A stretch of DNA of 64,000 nucleotides from Candidatus Micrarchaeota archaeon (GTDB lineage: Archaea; Micrarchaeota; Micrarchaeia; Micrarchaeales; CABMGC01): assembly GCA_021804105.1 (NCBI GenBank), contig JAJZKP010000002.1, forward strand, positions 6,899-70,898, in the 5' to 3' direction. The translations under genes were made by a program, and so were the position numbers. Below are positions 35,320 through 44,736 of this stretch, piece after piece. The first letter of the stretch is position 1; every line of letters starts with the position of its first letter. A model generated the notes under the pieces. That model was not told the DNA's origin, made no database searches, and saw only the letters and a list, made by a program, of their open reading frames with translations.

Positions 35320-36352
35320 CCCTTCCTGCCTCTAGCAGGAACGGCTTGCCGTGGTAGTACAGCATCGGCAGTTCGACTTCATTTCCAACCGCATCATAGA
35401 TTATGTCGTAAAGGAACTCTGTACCTATCGAATTGCAGTGCACTGACATGCCCTGGAACGGCGCAAGCCTGCCTATCTCATATTTGAAGGTCAGTACATC
35501 CCTTCTGGTGCTTACCGTGCTTCTTATGAATCGACTGTTCCTGCTCCAGAAGTCGGTATCGCGCCTAGCATCCTGGAAGGCTATATACCTAAATGCCGCT
35601 TCCTCTGCCGCTTTCCTAATGCCTGCCGGGAGCGATGCTCTAGTGTAAGTCCTGACAGACTCCTCGAATGATGGCGAGCTGGTCGCGTTTAGGAATACAC
35701 TGTACAGGTTCTTGAATTCCCGCGATCTTCTGGTCTCTTTGCTGCCCTTTATCCTGTCAAGCGAATCCTCAAAGGCATCTTCATATCCTGCGCCAAGGAA
35801 GGTCTCAAGCGGTCTTACCTCTATGTTCTTCATCCCGAACTCCCTTGCGAGAGAGCCGGCTTCCTTCACACTCCCAATAGCATTGGATTTCTTGAACATG
35901 AACATTTCATAATCAAAACTGTAGTTCTCTCCAGCTACCATGACCTTGGACGGCTTTCCGCTTATCTCCTCAAGCAGTTCCGCAAACCGGTTTAGTCTGC
36001 TAAGAAATATGAGATTCGAGAGATCGCAGTTTGTGTATGCCGTGCGAAGCGCATTTCTCATCTTTCCAAGGTATGTAAGAAGCAGGAAATCTGTGCGACG
36101 CCTGGAATTCATATCCTCAAGAAGCCTTCCGGAATCGCCCAAATACCACGAGAAGCCGCTCTTAAGCACAAAGTCTTCCGTATTCCTGTATCTGCGATTG
36201 AATATTAAATCCAGGTCCTTCAAAAGGAGCTCCTTCACTGCCTCTTTCTCGATTGTTTTTCTGACAAACCTGAAACGTTTCTTCAATATTGATCGGCTCA
36301 GCCTATGCCTGTACGCTACGCCAGATGCTTTCGAAACAGCAACATTATTCAT
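35300..36352 (-). CDS. Hypothetical protein (350 aa), related to the protein at 32979-34385
   Basis: FIRSTVSTRRDVLTFKYEIGRLAPFQGMSV parallels AIHTSLIHREGGLLLALTHGYAPIHGVSL in the neighbour. GGAG Shine-Dalgarno-like sequence 12 nt upstream. 3' end overlaps the ROK-like gene by 20 nt (convergent). Confidence 0.7.
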   Translation of the reverse strand: MNNVAVSKASGVAYRHRLSRSILKKRFRFVRKTIEKEAVKELLLKDLDLIFNRRYRNTEDFVLKSGFSWYLGDSGRLLEDMNSRRRTDFLLLTYLGKMRNALRTAYTNCDLSNLIFLSRLNRFAELLEEISGKPSKVMVAGENYSFDYEMFMFKKSNAIGSVKEAGSLAREFGMKNIEVRPLETFLGAGYEDAFEDSLDRIKGSKETRRSREFKNLYSVFLNATSSPSFEESVRTYTRASLPAGIRKAAEEAAFRYIAFQDARRDTDFWSRNSRFIRSTVSTRRDVLTFKYEIGRLAPFQGMSVHCNSIGTEFLYDIIYDAVGNEVELPMLYYHGKPFLLEAGRAIPGSA

Positions 36353-36398
36353 ATAATATCAACTCCATATGTTCCCCCCTAATAATCTGCCGGTAAGG

Positions 36399-36406
36399 AA
36401 TATATA
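36399..36406. promoter_or_regulatory. Near-palindromic TATA element AATATATA shared by divergent genes at 36352 (-) and 36431 (+)
   Basis: Centre is 28-29 nt upstream of the ATG at 36431 (leaderless) and about 51 nt upstream of the ATG at 36352 (leadered, with GGAG). Confidence 0.45.
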
Positions 36407-36430
36407 GCTTCATGCAGCTATCCCTCTAGG

Positions 36431-37024
36431 ATGTTTGTGATGGTAAAGGTAATACTGTTTGATCTTGGCAACGTTATGATTTCTTACAGGCCCAATGAAT
36501 ACTTCAGGTACCTCTCAAAGGCAACTGGAACCCCTTTCCAAAAGGTCCTGAAACTGCTCAACAATCCAGGAAAACGGATGGAGCTGGGAAGCATGCATGC
36601 AAGCCAGTTCGATAATGCCGTTTCATCCAAGTTCGGAAGCGAAGTTATGGACTGGGCTACATATTTTGCTAGACATGCGCACGTTAAGCCTGAAGTCATG
36701 CGCTTTGCAAAGGAACTCGGCAGGAAGGGCTACGTCATTGGATGTCTCTCAAATGTAGACAAGCCCAGTTACGATTACATGATGAAAAACCTTGACCTGT
36801 CAGTCTTTAAGCGCAAGTTTGCCTCGTTTAAGATAGGCGCAAGGAAACCAGACATGCGCATTTATCGATATGCGATACGCAAGCTAAAAGTTAAACCCTC
36901 GGAGATAGTGTTTCTGGATGACATGAAGGCTAATGTGATCGGGGCCCGAAAGGCCGGAATCAAGGCCGTGCACTTCACCAACCTGAAGGATGCCAGGAAA
37001 AAGGTCTACTCATATCTATGCTGA
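36431..37024 (+). CDS. HAD-superfamily hydrolase (subfamily IA)
   Basis: Motif I ILFDLGNV, motif III/IV KIGARKPD...FLDDMKANVIGARKAGIKAVHF. Confidence 0.85.
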   Translation: MFVMVKVILFDLGNVMISYRPNEYFRYLSKATGTPFQKVLKLLNNPGKRMELGSMHASQFDNAVSSKFGSEVMDWATYFARHAHVKPEVMRFAKELGRKGYVIGCLSNVDKPSYDYMMKNLDLSVFKRKFASFKIGARKPDMRIYRYAIRKLKVKPSEIVFLDDMKANVIGARKAGIKAVHFTNLKDARKKVYSYLC

Positions 37025-37031
37025 GCTATGG

Positions 37032-37514
37032 TCATTTCTTTTCAGCCTTAAGAAAGAGCAGCACATCATTGGCCCTTGCTTCATCCGCGTCCATTCCCAG
37101 GGCTTTCACAAGGCTCATCATCTCGCCTGCTGTGCCCTCCCTGCCCAGCGCCAGGAGGAAATAGTAGCTATAAATATATACAAGATGGCTCTTTGCCTTG
37201 CTTGCCTCAAGCAGCCGCATAAGGCTTCTGTCCGGAACAAAGCCAGTAGCACGCAGCACAGCACCAACGCTCTCCTCGGTTATCTCCCTCCCTGCATAAC
37301 TTACGAATGCCGCAGCATAAAGATATGGCATCATTTCTCCAGCATGTTCTATTATGCCCTTTGTCTCAACTATGCGCCTGAATTCAGCTGACATGTAGCT
37401 GCTTTCAGTCGATGCTATGGCGCCCATGAGAGCTTTCAGGACCGCAAGCTCCGTTTCAAGCACGGCCTCCTCAACTTCCACATCCCCTGCATACCCTTCA
37501 GAATCATTCACCAT
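37032..37514 (-). CDS. Protein with two tandem ribosomal-stalk P1 (aL12) N-terminal-domain-like repeats, no acidic tail
   Basis: Repeat 1 MPYLYAAAFVSYAGREITEESVGAVLRATGFVPD and repeat 2 VYIYSYYFLLALGREGTAGEMMSLVKALGMDADEARANDV. Both resemble the archaeal P1 N-terminus MEYVYAALLLH..GKEI.EE.L..VL.AAGV..DEAR. Start uncertain (TTG 37547, ATG 37535 or 37514). Confidence 0.65.
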   Translation of the reverse strand: MVNDSEGYAGDVEVEEAVLETELAVLKALMGAIASTESSYMSAEFRRIVETKGIIEHAGEMMPYLYAAAFVSYAGREITEESVGAVLRATGFVPDRSLMRLLEASKAKSHLVYIYSYYFLLALGREGTAGEMMSLVKALGMDADEARANDVLLFLKAEKK

Positions 37515-37638
37515 GCAAACACGATAATGTAGCATACGAACAAGCAATTATTAATTCTTATTGCAAGCTCCGGAATGCAAGCTGCATGAAAGCACGCTTG
37601 ACGTAAAACGCAGCAAGATTATTAAATGCGTGCGTCCC

Positions 37639-38277
37639 ATGCCCTTTGGTTCGGCGTATCATATGGTCTTTATAGACAATGTAGCATACAGCCTTTTCCT
37701 GCTGAGCATTGCAGGATTCATTGTGCTATACCTAATCGTAGACGTCTTCTGGGCTTTTCGCAAGGGAAAGCGAGACTACACAGATATACTAATGGGCGCA
37801 TCTGTCCCTCTCTTGCTTGTTGGGCTGTACATGGTGATAACTGGCGCATACGGCCAGTTCACGTGGCCTCTTCCTGGCAGTTACAATATACTCTTCTATG
37901 ACCCTCTGGTTTCCTTCGGCCTGGTAATACTCTCACTTGCCATTGCAATAAGGTATAAGGTGCGGTACGATTATGTGGGCTTTCTTGGACTCCTGGTAGG
38001 GATCATGACCTTATTTTATGGCATACAAGGATACAGCATAGGCCTTACCGAAGTACCAGCTGCCCTGCTCACGCTTTATGTCTTCTTCGGAATAGCCGGT
38101 ATCTTCTCTTATCCAGTATCATTGATACTGGAGAGGCTTCCTGGGCTCAAGAGAAACCCATGGGCAGGATGGTATGTCTGCCTTGCGATATTCTTCTTCG
38201 CAATGCTGATGGCAGTACTAGTATCAGGATACATAGCCGTTTCCGCAATACCTGCTCACCTTCTTAGTCCTCCATGA
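37639..38277 (+). CDS. Integral membrane protein (about 6 TM), possibly DUF981-like
   Basis: Multiple TM segments with conserved-looking GQFTWPLPGSYNILFYDP. ATG at 37639 preferred over the TTG at 37561. Confidence 0.65.
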   Translation: MPFGSAYHMVFIDNVAYSLFLLSIAGFIVLYLIVDVFWAFRKGKRDYTDILMGASVPLLLVGLYMVITGAYGQFTWPLPGSYNILFYDPLVSFGLVILSLAIAIRYKVRYDYVGFLGLLVGIMTLFYGIQGYSIGLTEVPAALLTLYVFFGIAGIFSYPVSLILERLPGLKRNPWAGWYVCLAIFFFAMLMAVLVSGYIAVSAIPAHLLSPP

Positions 38278-38372
38278 AGTACGGCACTAACTTCTGGCCA
38301 TGACCAAATCTAGTTCGGGGATTCTGTGCAGCTTGCCAGCCTAAATCCTAATATGGCACAGACGCTGCTGGT

Positions 38373-39155
38373 CTAAGCCCGTGCCAGGTACTTCATGTTG
38401 TCTGTTACCACTATATCATTATCATTAAGTCCCAGTCTGCGCACCCTGTGCATCCTCCAATTGCTGTTTGGCATGCCTACCACGACCTTGAATCCCTGCC
38501 TATGCGCCTTCCTTATGAAACGTTTTGTGGCTGACAAGTCATAAAATAGCACAAAGTCTGCCTTCAGATCGGAGGCATCCCTCAGCAAGTCTGCAAAAGC
38601 CGAACCTGATAGCAGGTTTAGAGCAAGCATGGGTCGCAGGTAAGCCCTGTAAAGGGACTCATATATCCTGCTCCGCATCCCCGGTCTCTTTAATTCGTTT
38701 ATCCTGGCTATTGGATCCGACGGGAGTATCTTGATGAGTCCTGTGGCTATTTCTGGATCCTGCCTTCTGGTTTCCCTTATTATCGGCTTAATGAATGAGC
38801 TTACGATGGCTGCATCTTCCAAACCATGCAAGCGTATCAGCGTGAGCATATCACTAATAAGCTGCGGGCGTTCCATCCCCGGCTTAAGATCCAGCTGTAT
38901 GCGATCCGGTATTCTCAATCCCTGGCATGTTATAGCGTCCAGCACCTCGCTAAACGACGCTATGCCCAGCTCCTTGGCTTCCCTGAGAGTCAGGCTATCT
39001 ATTGGTTCAATTCCCCTACTGCTCTTAACTACTGGATCATGGGAGCACACGATCCTGCCGTCCTTTGTGACTCTCAAGTCCATCTCCGCATTAGGGAACT
39101 CGCGGAATCCGCTAAGTTTATTCTCCTTCCCCCCTCGATGTGCAAGGACTATCAT
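38373..39155 (-). CDS. Glycerophosphodiester phosphodiesterase family protein
   Basis: MIVLAHRGG...EMDLRVTKDGRIVCSHDP fits the GDPD HRG...E.D...TKDG..V..HD signature. Confidence 0.85.
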   Translation of the reverse strand: MIVLAHRGGKENKLSGFREFPNAEMDLRVTKDGRIVCSHDPVVKSSRGIEPIDSLTLREAKELGIASFSEVLDAITCQGLRIPDRIQLDLKPGMERPQLISDMLTLIRLHGLEDAAIVSSFIKPIIRETRRQDPEIATGLIKILPSDPIARINELKRPGMRSRIYESLYRAYLRPMLALNLLSGSAFADLLRDASDLKADFVLFYDLSATKRFIRKAHRQGFKVVVGMPNSNWRMHRVRRLGLNDNDIVVTDNMKYLARA

Positions 39156-39197
39156 ACTAGTGCATTGTTCCGCTTACGTTTTATCCCTTCCCTGCAA

Positions 39198-40040
39198 TCA
39201 TTTAATGCGATTGGCCACTATCGAGGCTAATTCTGTGGCGTTCACGCTCCTGTTTGCCGGCTGTGTCATGGATACGAAAGCCGTAGTATTCCCCTTGAAT
39301 CCCAGGACCATGACATAATTAACCAATGAGTTGGTAATGTACTGGTGTATATCATATGTGGAGAATGAGTAGGTCATGTTCGACATGGTAATATTCTTCT
39401 GTGCAGCAACAGATGAATAGTTTGCATTTAAACTCAAGCTCGTGAGGTTGAAGATGCCAGCGTATAGCTTCAGTGCCTCTGAATAAGTGTTCTTGGAATT
39501 ATTGCTCTGCAGCATTAACTCTTGCAGTCTCCCTACCGGCTGTACGACTCCATTGACGTTTGCTGTTGCGTACGTATTATATGCAATTATGTACTCTGAT
39601 GTCACCTTGTATCCAACATTGTTTGGCATAAGGCTTGCAAGCGTGATATTAAGCTGCGAACTGTTCCTTGCTGCATATGCGGTATAATTGGATGGCCCCA
39701 GCAGGGTATTGGCCTCAGAGACCGATATAAATCCCGGATATGCGCTCGCATTTATTGGGGTAGGATAAGCATAACTGGCGTTTGACTTAGGCGCTGTGGT
39801 TGGCACCAAGATCTGGCTACTGCCATTTATTGTGCTTGTGGGCTTGCTTCCAGAACCTGCACTCCTGCCCAGGCTATATGACACTAGTGCCACAACCACT
39901 ACTATGATAATAAACGAAGCTATCATAATCAGCATCCTGGACTGGTCGCCGCTAACGCCCTTTGCACGGCTCGCGGTTTCCGGATGAGTATGCGTTGCAT
40001 GTTGTGCATGCTCGCGGCCAACATTGTTATCTTCTGTCAT
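39198..40040 (-). CDS. Membrane-anchored sequon-rich surface protein
   Basis: His-rich cytoplasmic N-terminus, TM MLIMIASFIIIVVVVALVSY, then an N-x-S/T-rich ectodomain. Confidence 0.7.
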   Translation of the reverse strand: MTEDNNVGREHAQHATHTHPETASRAKGVSGDQSRMLIMIASFIIIVVVVALVSYSLGRSAGSGSKPTSTINGSSQILVPTTAPKSNASYAYPTPINASAYPGFISVSEANTLLGPSNYTAYAARNSSQLNITLASLMPNNVGYKVTSEYIIAYNTYATANVNGVVQPVGRLQELMLQSNNSKNTYSEALKLYAGIFNLTSLSLNANYSSVAAQKNITMSNMTYSFSTYDIHQYITNSLVNYVMVLGFKGNTTAFVSMTQPANRSVNATELASIVANRIK

Positions 40041-40301
40041 AGAAACACAGACTTATTATGAAGCAGCAAGTTAAATATGTGCTGGTAATCAGCAGCTTTA
40101 GCAAATCTACAAGTCCCATGTGTAACTGTAGCCTGCCACTGTAATAAGAGAATCTGATTTTGTTGCCCTCAAAGAGACTCGCTTGAAGAGCAGGGATCCC
40201 GCCTTAACTGCTACTGTAAAATGTAGGTACCTTACGGCAAATACTTCTTTAGACGATTGATAACGTTCTTAAATGTTATATGCCTATATAGATTGTCTAA
40301 A

Positions 40302-41621
40302 ATGGAATCTGAATCACAACAACCTACTTCTACTGTGTCTACTGCTCCAACACCAACTGACTCAAGGGGCAAGCTCCCCTATCTTCTTGGTGGTATCCTC
40401 GTAGCCTTAGTTGCTATTGGAATCGGTTATTATTTACTTAACACACAGAGCTCCACTACAAGTCAAAAAGGTACAATGGCCAATCCATACAATCCAAGCC
40501 AAGGATACTCGGGTTCAGGATATTATAACATAAGCGGCCAAGCTATCTATATTTCTAGCCAAAGCCAACTAAAAAGCGCTTCGGATAAACAAACGACTGC
40601 AGCGACAAGTCTTCAAACAACCATTCAAACATCATCTGCATCGACTACGCCAACAACCACCGGTAGGTCTTCGCCTACTACTTCTATTGCCTCAAGTCCG
40701 AACTCAAGCAGTTCTAAAACTGCCCAATATGTACTGATAAATGTTACCGGGATGAACGTTAAGCTTATAAATAAGCAGACAAACGCTGTTTCGAATATTT
40801 ATATCCAATCGTCATTCTCAGAAACTGTAATCCCAAACACTACATATCAGATTCCTGTAGGAATCCCCCGTGGCGATAACCCCGTATCTGGATATGTAAA
40901 TTTGCCATTCACTCCTGGAACTACACCATTCTCCCAAGCAGGTTATATTTTACACCCGAACACCAGTTATATCGATATATTATACATAAATCCAAAATAC
41001 GCTTACAAAGGCCCGATGAATGTAACCGTATATTACAATACAGCATCATCTACAGCAAGCAACGCATCCACAACAAACCCAACAACAATCCCCCCAACCA
41101 CTACTGTGCATCCTGAAACGGCAAGCATACCTAAATCTGCACTGCAGTACATGTATCCAAATTCTACACTTCCACGTATAACCATATTCAATGGCACGGC
41201 ACCAACACACGAAATAGGTGGGTATACATATGATTATGAGATGGTGGTAGTTGGAAACCAGTATTCCAACTCCGAAACTGCTCAAATATTCGAGCAGAAT
41301 CCTGCCCTAGCCAACCAGTTCGGCCCTGGCTCTGTCATAGTCCAATCATTTAATGCTAATACAATTCTTGTAGCTGGATACACATCAAACGAAACATTGG
41401 AAGCCGGAAACATGTTTATAAGAGAAATAAACGCATCTTCCAATGGACCAAAACAACCCATACTCTTCGATGGCGTAATAATATTAAATGCCACTGGCAT
41501 TCCATCAGCCATAGCCATTGTTGTAGGTTCAAATGCCACTTCCCAAGATTGGCAGACTGCAGTAAACATTGCATCCGCCATTCACAATGTTTCAATAAGC
41601 GGAAATGTAGGAAAATCATAA
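40302..41621 (+). CDS. Membrane-anchored Ser/Thr-rich surface protein
   Basis: ATG at 40302 (MESESQQ). TM LPYLLGGILVALVAIGIGYYLL, long S/T-rich linker, sequon-rich ectodomain. Confidence 0.7.
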   Translation: MESESQQPTSTVSTAPTPTDSRGKLPYLLGGILVALVAIGIGYYLLNTQSSTTSQKGTMANPYNPSQGYSGSGYYNISGQAIYISSQSQLKSASDKQTTAATSLQTTIQTSSASTTPTTTGRSSPTTSIASSPNSSSSKTAQYVLINVTGMNVKLINKQTNAVSNIYIQSSFSETVIPNTTYQIPVGIPRGDNPVSGYVNLPFTPGTTPFSQAGYILHPNTSYIDILYINPKYAYKGPMNVTVYYNTASSTASNASTTNPTTIPPTTTVHPETASIPKSALQYMYPNSTLPRITIFNGTAPTHEIGGYTYDYEMVVVGNQYSNSETAQIFEQNPALANQFGPGSVIVQSFNANTILVAGYTSNETLEAGNMFIREINASSNGPKQPILFDGVIILNATGIPSAIAIVVGSNATSQDWQTAVNIASAIHNVSISGNVGKS

Positions 41622-41745
41622 TGACCTTGCCCTGGTCACATCCTGCACCTATTCGGCAGTTTTATTTCGCAAGGTGTTAGAACTAGCTGATTTAAACGGG
41701 ACACAGGAAGTTTACCGAAATAGTAAGATTGCCAGTTTAAATCAT

Positions 41746-42396
41746 TTAAACAATTTGCATCTTTCTTGCAATAACGCAATAACCATGATAATGCTTCTTC
41801 CCTGTATGCAACCTTATTATCTTATATCCTCTAAGGAAACGCATTAACTCTTTCCTATCTAAAGAACGATGTAGTACTCCCTTCTCTGGTCCAGACAATG
41901 GGATATAAGTGTGCTTTTCTATCCATCTATGTGTTATCGGTTTCCCGTATTCTACCCATGTCTTTTCAAGTTTTTGTGACCCCTCATAATCAGGAACCTG
42001 CAAGAATAAGAAGCCTTTAATCTTAATCACTCTATTGATATCCCCAAATATCCTTTTTAGGGTTCTTGCGTTTGTATGGTGGATTGACCTTGTTGCTATA
42101 ACTAAATCGAAATAGCCATTTGGGTATGGCAGGCCCTTTGTAAAGTCATAGCACTTTAGATCTGCATGCAGTTTGATCCTCGCAAGCTGTCTATCAAGGT
42201 GCTTTATTATTGGCGGATGATTATCAATGCCGAATACATCATGCCCATTGCCAGAAAAATAGATAACATGCCTTCCATGTCCGCATCCGATATCTAAAAT
42301 CCGCGAGCCAGCATTGAGTCTTTTGTTTATAAATGGTATCTCTGGTTCTACCTTGTAGCCTTTACTCCTGTACCAGGAGGTCCAGTTAGACGACAT
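41746..42396 (-). CDS. Class I SAM-dependent methyltransferase
   Basis: Motif I RILDIGCGHGRHVIYF, followed by an acidic residue (VFGIDN). Confidence 0.85.
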   Translation of the reverse strand: MSSNWTSWYRSKGYKVEPEIPFINKRLNAGSRILDIGCGHGRHVIYFSGNGHDVFGIDNHPPIIKHLDRQLARIKLHADLKCYDFTKGLPYPNGYFDLVIATRSIHHTNARTLKRIFGDINRVIKIKGFLFLQVPDYEGSQKLEKTWVEYGKPITHRWIEKHTYIPLSGPEKGVLHRSLDRKELMRFLRGYKIIRLHTGKKHYHGYCVIARKMQIV

Positions 42397-42419
42397 AAAC
42401 TACAATGGACTGAATAGTC

Positions 42420-42427
42420 TTATAAAA
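42420..42427 (-). promoter_or_regulatory. TATA box (minus-strand TTTTATAA) for the methyltransferase gene, leaderless spacing
   Basis: Centre is about 28 nt upstream of the ATG at 42396. Confidence 0.5.
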
Positions 42428-42491
42428 GCTCAGCGATGTTTCCTGAAAATAAGTGGGAGTCTTAATACCATTGTCGACGTAAGCTACTGTA

Positions 42492-42562
42492 TGGAGGCAC
42501 AGGGAATCGAACCCAGGTTTGCGCCGTGTAAAGGCGCCGTCCTACCATTAGACTATGCCTCC
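42492..42562 (-). tRNA. tRNA-Val (anticodon TAC)
   Basis: The reverse complement folds as acceptor GGAGGCA/TGCCTCC, anticodon stem GCGCC/GGCGC with loop TTTACAC, and T-loop TTCGATT (one T-T mismatch in the T-stem). 71 nt. Confidence 0.82.
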
Positions 42563-42569
42563 GCTTTCT

Positions 42570-43808
42570 TCATTTAGAGTGTCTTTCACAGAATTTATCT
42601 ATCTTCTCAATGGCATCGGCAAGTACATCTCGTTGCGGTAACGCAACAAGCCTTACATGATCTTCACCGCCGAATCCAGATCCCCTTGTGAGCAGTACTC
42701 CCTCCTCTTCTAGCAGCTTATGTACAAAATCCTTGTCACTCGCCAAGTCCAGCTTCTCCATATTCAACTTCGGAAATAAATAATATGCTCCACGGGGAGG
42801 TATGACATGCATATAGTCACTATCATTTATCATCTTAGAAGCGAAATTGGCCCTGTCCTCGATCTCCCTTATGAAATAGTCAATGGCCTTCCTGTGCTCT
42901 ACGATGTTGTTTATACCTTCTGCTACAGCATACTGTGCCGGCGTGCTTACGCACAACCTAATTGCACAAAAGTCATAGATGCTCTTCTTAAGCACCCTTG
43001 AAACCGCATCGTCTCCTGGAACTACAACAAAACCTATCCTGAATCCTGTAGCATCAAGATCCTTAGAAGCCCCATTGAATATTATGTGTGGAATACCTTT
43101 TGCTACCTGCGATACGCTTGTAAACTTTGCACCGTTGTAAACCACCTCGTCATATATCTCGTCGCTTATAAGTACAAGGTCATTATTATTTGCAATGTCT
43201 GCTATTCTCTCTATGACATTCCTGTCAAGGACCATTCCGGTGGGGTTGCTAGGGTTTGTCACCATAAGGTACTTCACAGCCTTTCCATCCTTTTTTGTGG
43301 CCTTTATCTTCCTGTCGAGGTCGTCTGTGTCAACGTCCCACTCCCTGTCCTCCTGGTATTCCTGGAAAATTGGTTCTCCTCCAAATACCCTAAAACCGCT
43401 ATAACAAACGGCGTAGTACGGTTTGAACATAACTGCACGATCCCCAGGATTGACAAGGATCGAGTTTAGGAATATCAAGGCTTCGCTAACCCCGTGTGTG
43501 ATAAAAGCACCGTAGTTGGGATTGACATCTATGTTGTAAATACGTTTGTACCTATTCGAAACGGCTTCCCTTAACTCTAGTATCCCCTCAGGATCGCAAT
43601 AGCCCGTTTTGCCTTCTTTTAAGGCATTGATGTACGCATCTACCATATACTTCGGTGTGGGAAAGAACTTCGCAGGATCTCCGATATTGAGCCTTATGAT
43701 CCTCTTCCCCGACTGAGCCAGCATTTGTGCGGTGGAGTTCTCCTCCTCAATGGCATTCTCTGCATACTGGCTGAACCTGGAGAGTATATTGGTGTCCAAT
43801 CTCTTCAC
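42570..43808 (-). CDS. Pyridoxal-phosphate-dependent aminotransferase, class I/II (Asp/Ala aminotransferase-like)
   Basis: NPSNPTG, SDEIYDE, and the PLP-lysine region NGASKDLDATGFRIGF. GTG start. Confidence 0.92.
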   Translation of the reverse strand: MKRLDTNILSRFSQYAENAIEEENSTAQMLAQSGKRIIRLNIGDPAKFFPTPKYMVDAYINALKEGKTGYCDPEGILELREAVSNRYKRIYNIDVNPNYGAFITHGVSEALIFLNSILVNPGDRAVMFKPYYAVCYSGFRVFGGEPIFQEYQEDREWDVDTDDLDRKIKATKKDGKAVKYLMVTNPSNPTGMVLDRNVIERIADIANNNDLVLISDEIYDEVVYNGAKFTSVSQVAKGIPHIIFNGASKDLDATGFRIGFVVVPGDDAVSRVLKKSIYDFCAIRLCVSTPAQYAVAEGINNIVEHRKAIDYFIREIEDRANFASKMINDSDYMHVIPPRGAYYLFPKLNMEKLDLASDKDFVHKLLEEEGVLLTRGSGFGGEDHVRLVALPQRDVLADAIEKIDKFCERHSK

Positions 43809-44041
43809 CTGTGCCGATTGCTACAAAAAGCGATATAGTATATACGACTAATATAATATATCTTTGCAGGTGTTAAACTCAAAGCATTTAAGCCTGGCTG
43901 GAATTCTCCAGGCAAGTAAAATCCAGAGGATTAGCCTACTGAAGAACGAACTAAGCACAAACCAGAAGGGTTTAGTAAGGCCGGATAGAACACGGCTTCA
44001 CTGCCGAAGCATACATGGCCAATATCTGGGCATACTGGACA

Positions 44042-44710
44042 CTATTTCTCAGATAGCCTTGCTTCTTCTATTAAATAGAAGCCGCTTACTCCATTCCACT
44101 CTGTCCTGGCCTTTACTATCTCGATTCTTTTCTTGAAGAGCGGGGCATCAAGCACAAAGCTCTCTGCCTCCCCTCCCTCAAAAAGCATGTTTATGCCATG
44201 CTTCCTATTCGCTTCTTGCAGTTTTTCTATTATTAGGTTGTCTATTCGCTTTCCCAGAAATGAGTCATCAAGGCCTTCTGCACTTACAGATGTGATTATC
44301 GCATTGTAATGGGCTGCAATGCCGCCCAGTTCCTCCAGTGGATCAATGTGCCATAACGGCGCCATATGCTCTATACCCAACTTCTTTGCGATATTGTTTA
44401 TCCTATCGCCCTGATACCTGCTGTATGTGGCCCCTGTGACAAGCGTCCTAACGCCATTCTCGATCAGAACGCGCTCCAGGTCTGCAAGCTCCTCCTCTTT
44501 CCTTCCTTCAGTATCATAGAATACCTGGCTGATGCCCAGTGCCTCAGCCTGCAGACTTGTATACTTCACGTTAGGGTAATGAAACATGTAGCTTGACTTG
44601 TTCTTGCTCATCATAGTGATAAGAAGGTCTATCTGGACCCCGCTCTCTACTGCTTTGTGGAGAGCAAAAGTAGAGTCTTTCCCGCCGCTATACAAAACTG
44701 CGTTATGCAT
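44042..44710 (-). CDS. Diphthine-ammonia ligase-like ATP pyrophosphatase (Dph6/MJ0570 family)
   Basis: PP-loop LYSGGKDST, about 220 aa, alpha_ANH-like layout. Confidence 0.85.
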   Translation of the reverse strand: MHNAVLYSGGKDSTFALHKAVESGVQIDLLITMMSKNKSSYMFHYPNVKYTSLQAEALGISQVFYDTEGRKEEELADLERVLIENGVRTLVTGATYSRYQGDRINNIAKKLGIEHMAPLWHIDPLEELGGIAAHYNAIITSVSAEGLDDSFLGKRIDNLIIEKLQEANRKHGINMLFEGGEAESFVLDAPLFKKRIEIVKARTEWNGVSGFYLIEEARLSEK

Positions 44711-44736
44711 CGCTCCACCTAAGATAAGTATGGCAA

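Noticed and set aside
38731-39318. 195-aa ORF antisense to the GDPD gene
   Set aside because: Shadow ORF with Ser/Leu-rich nonsense composition.
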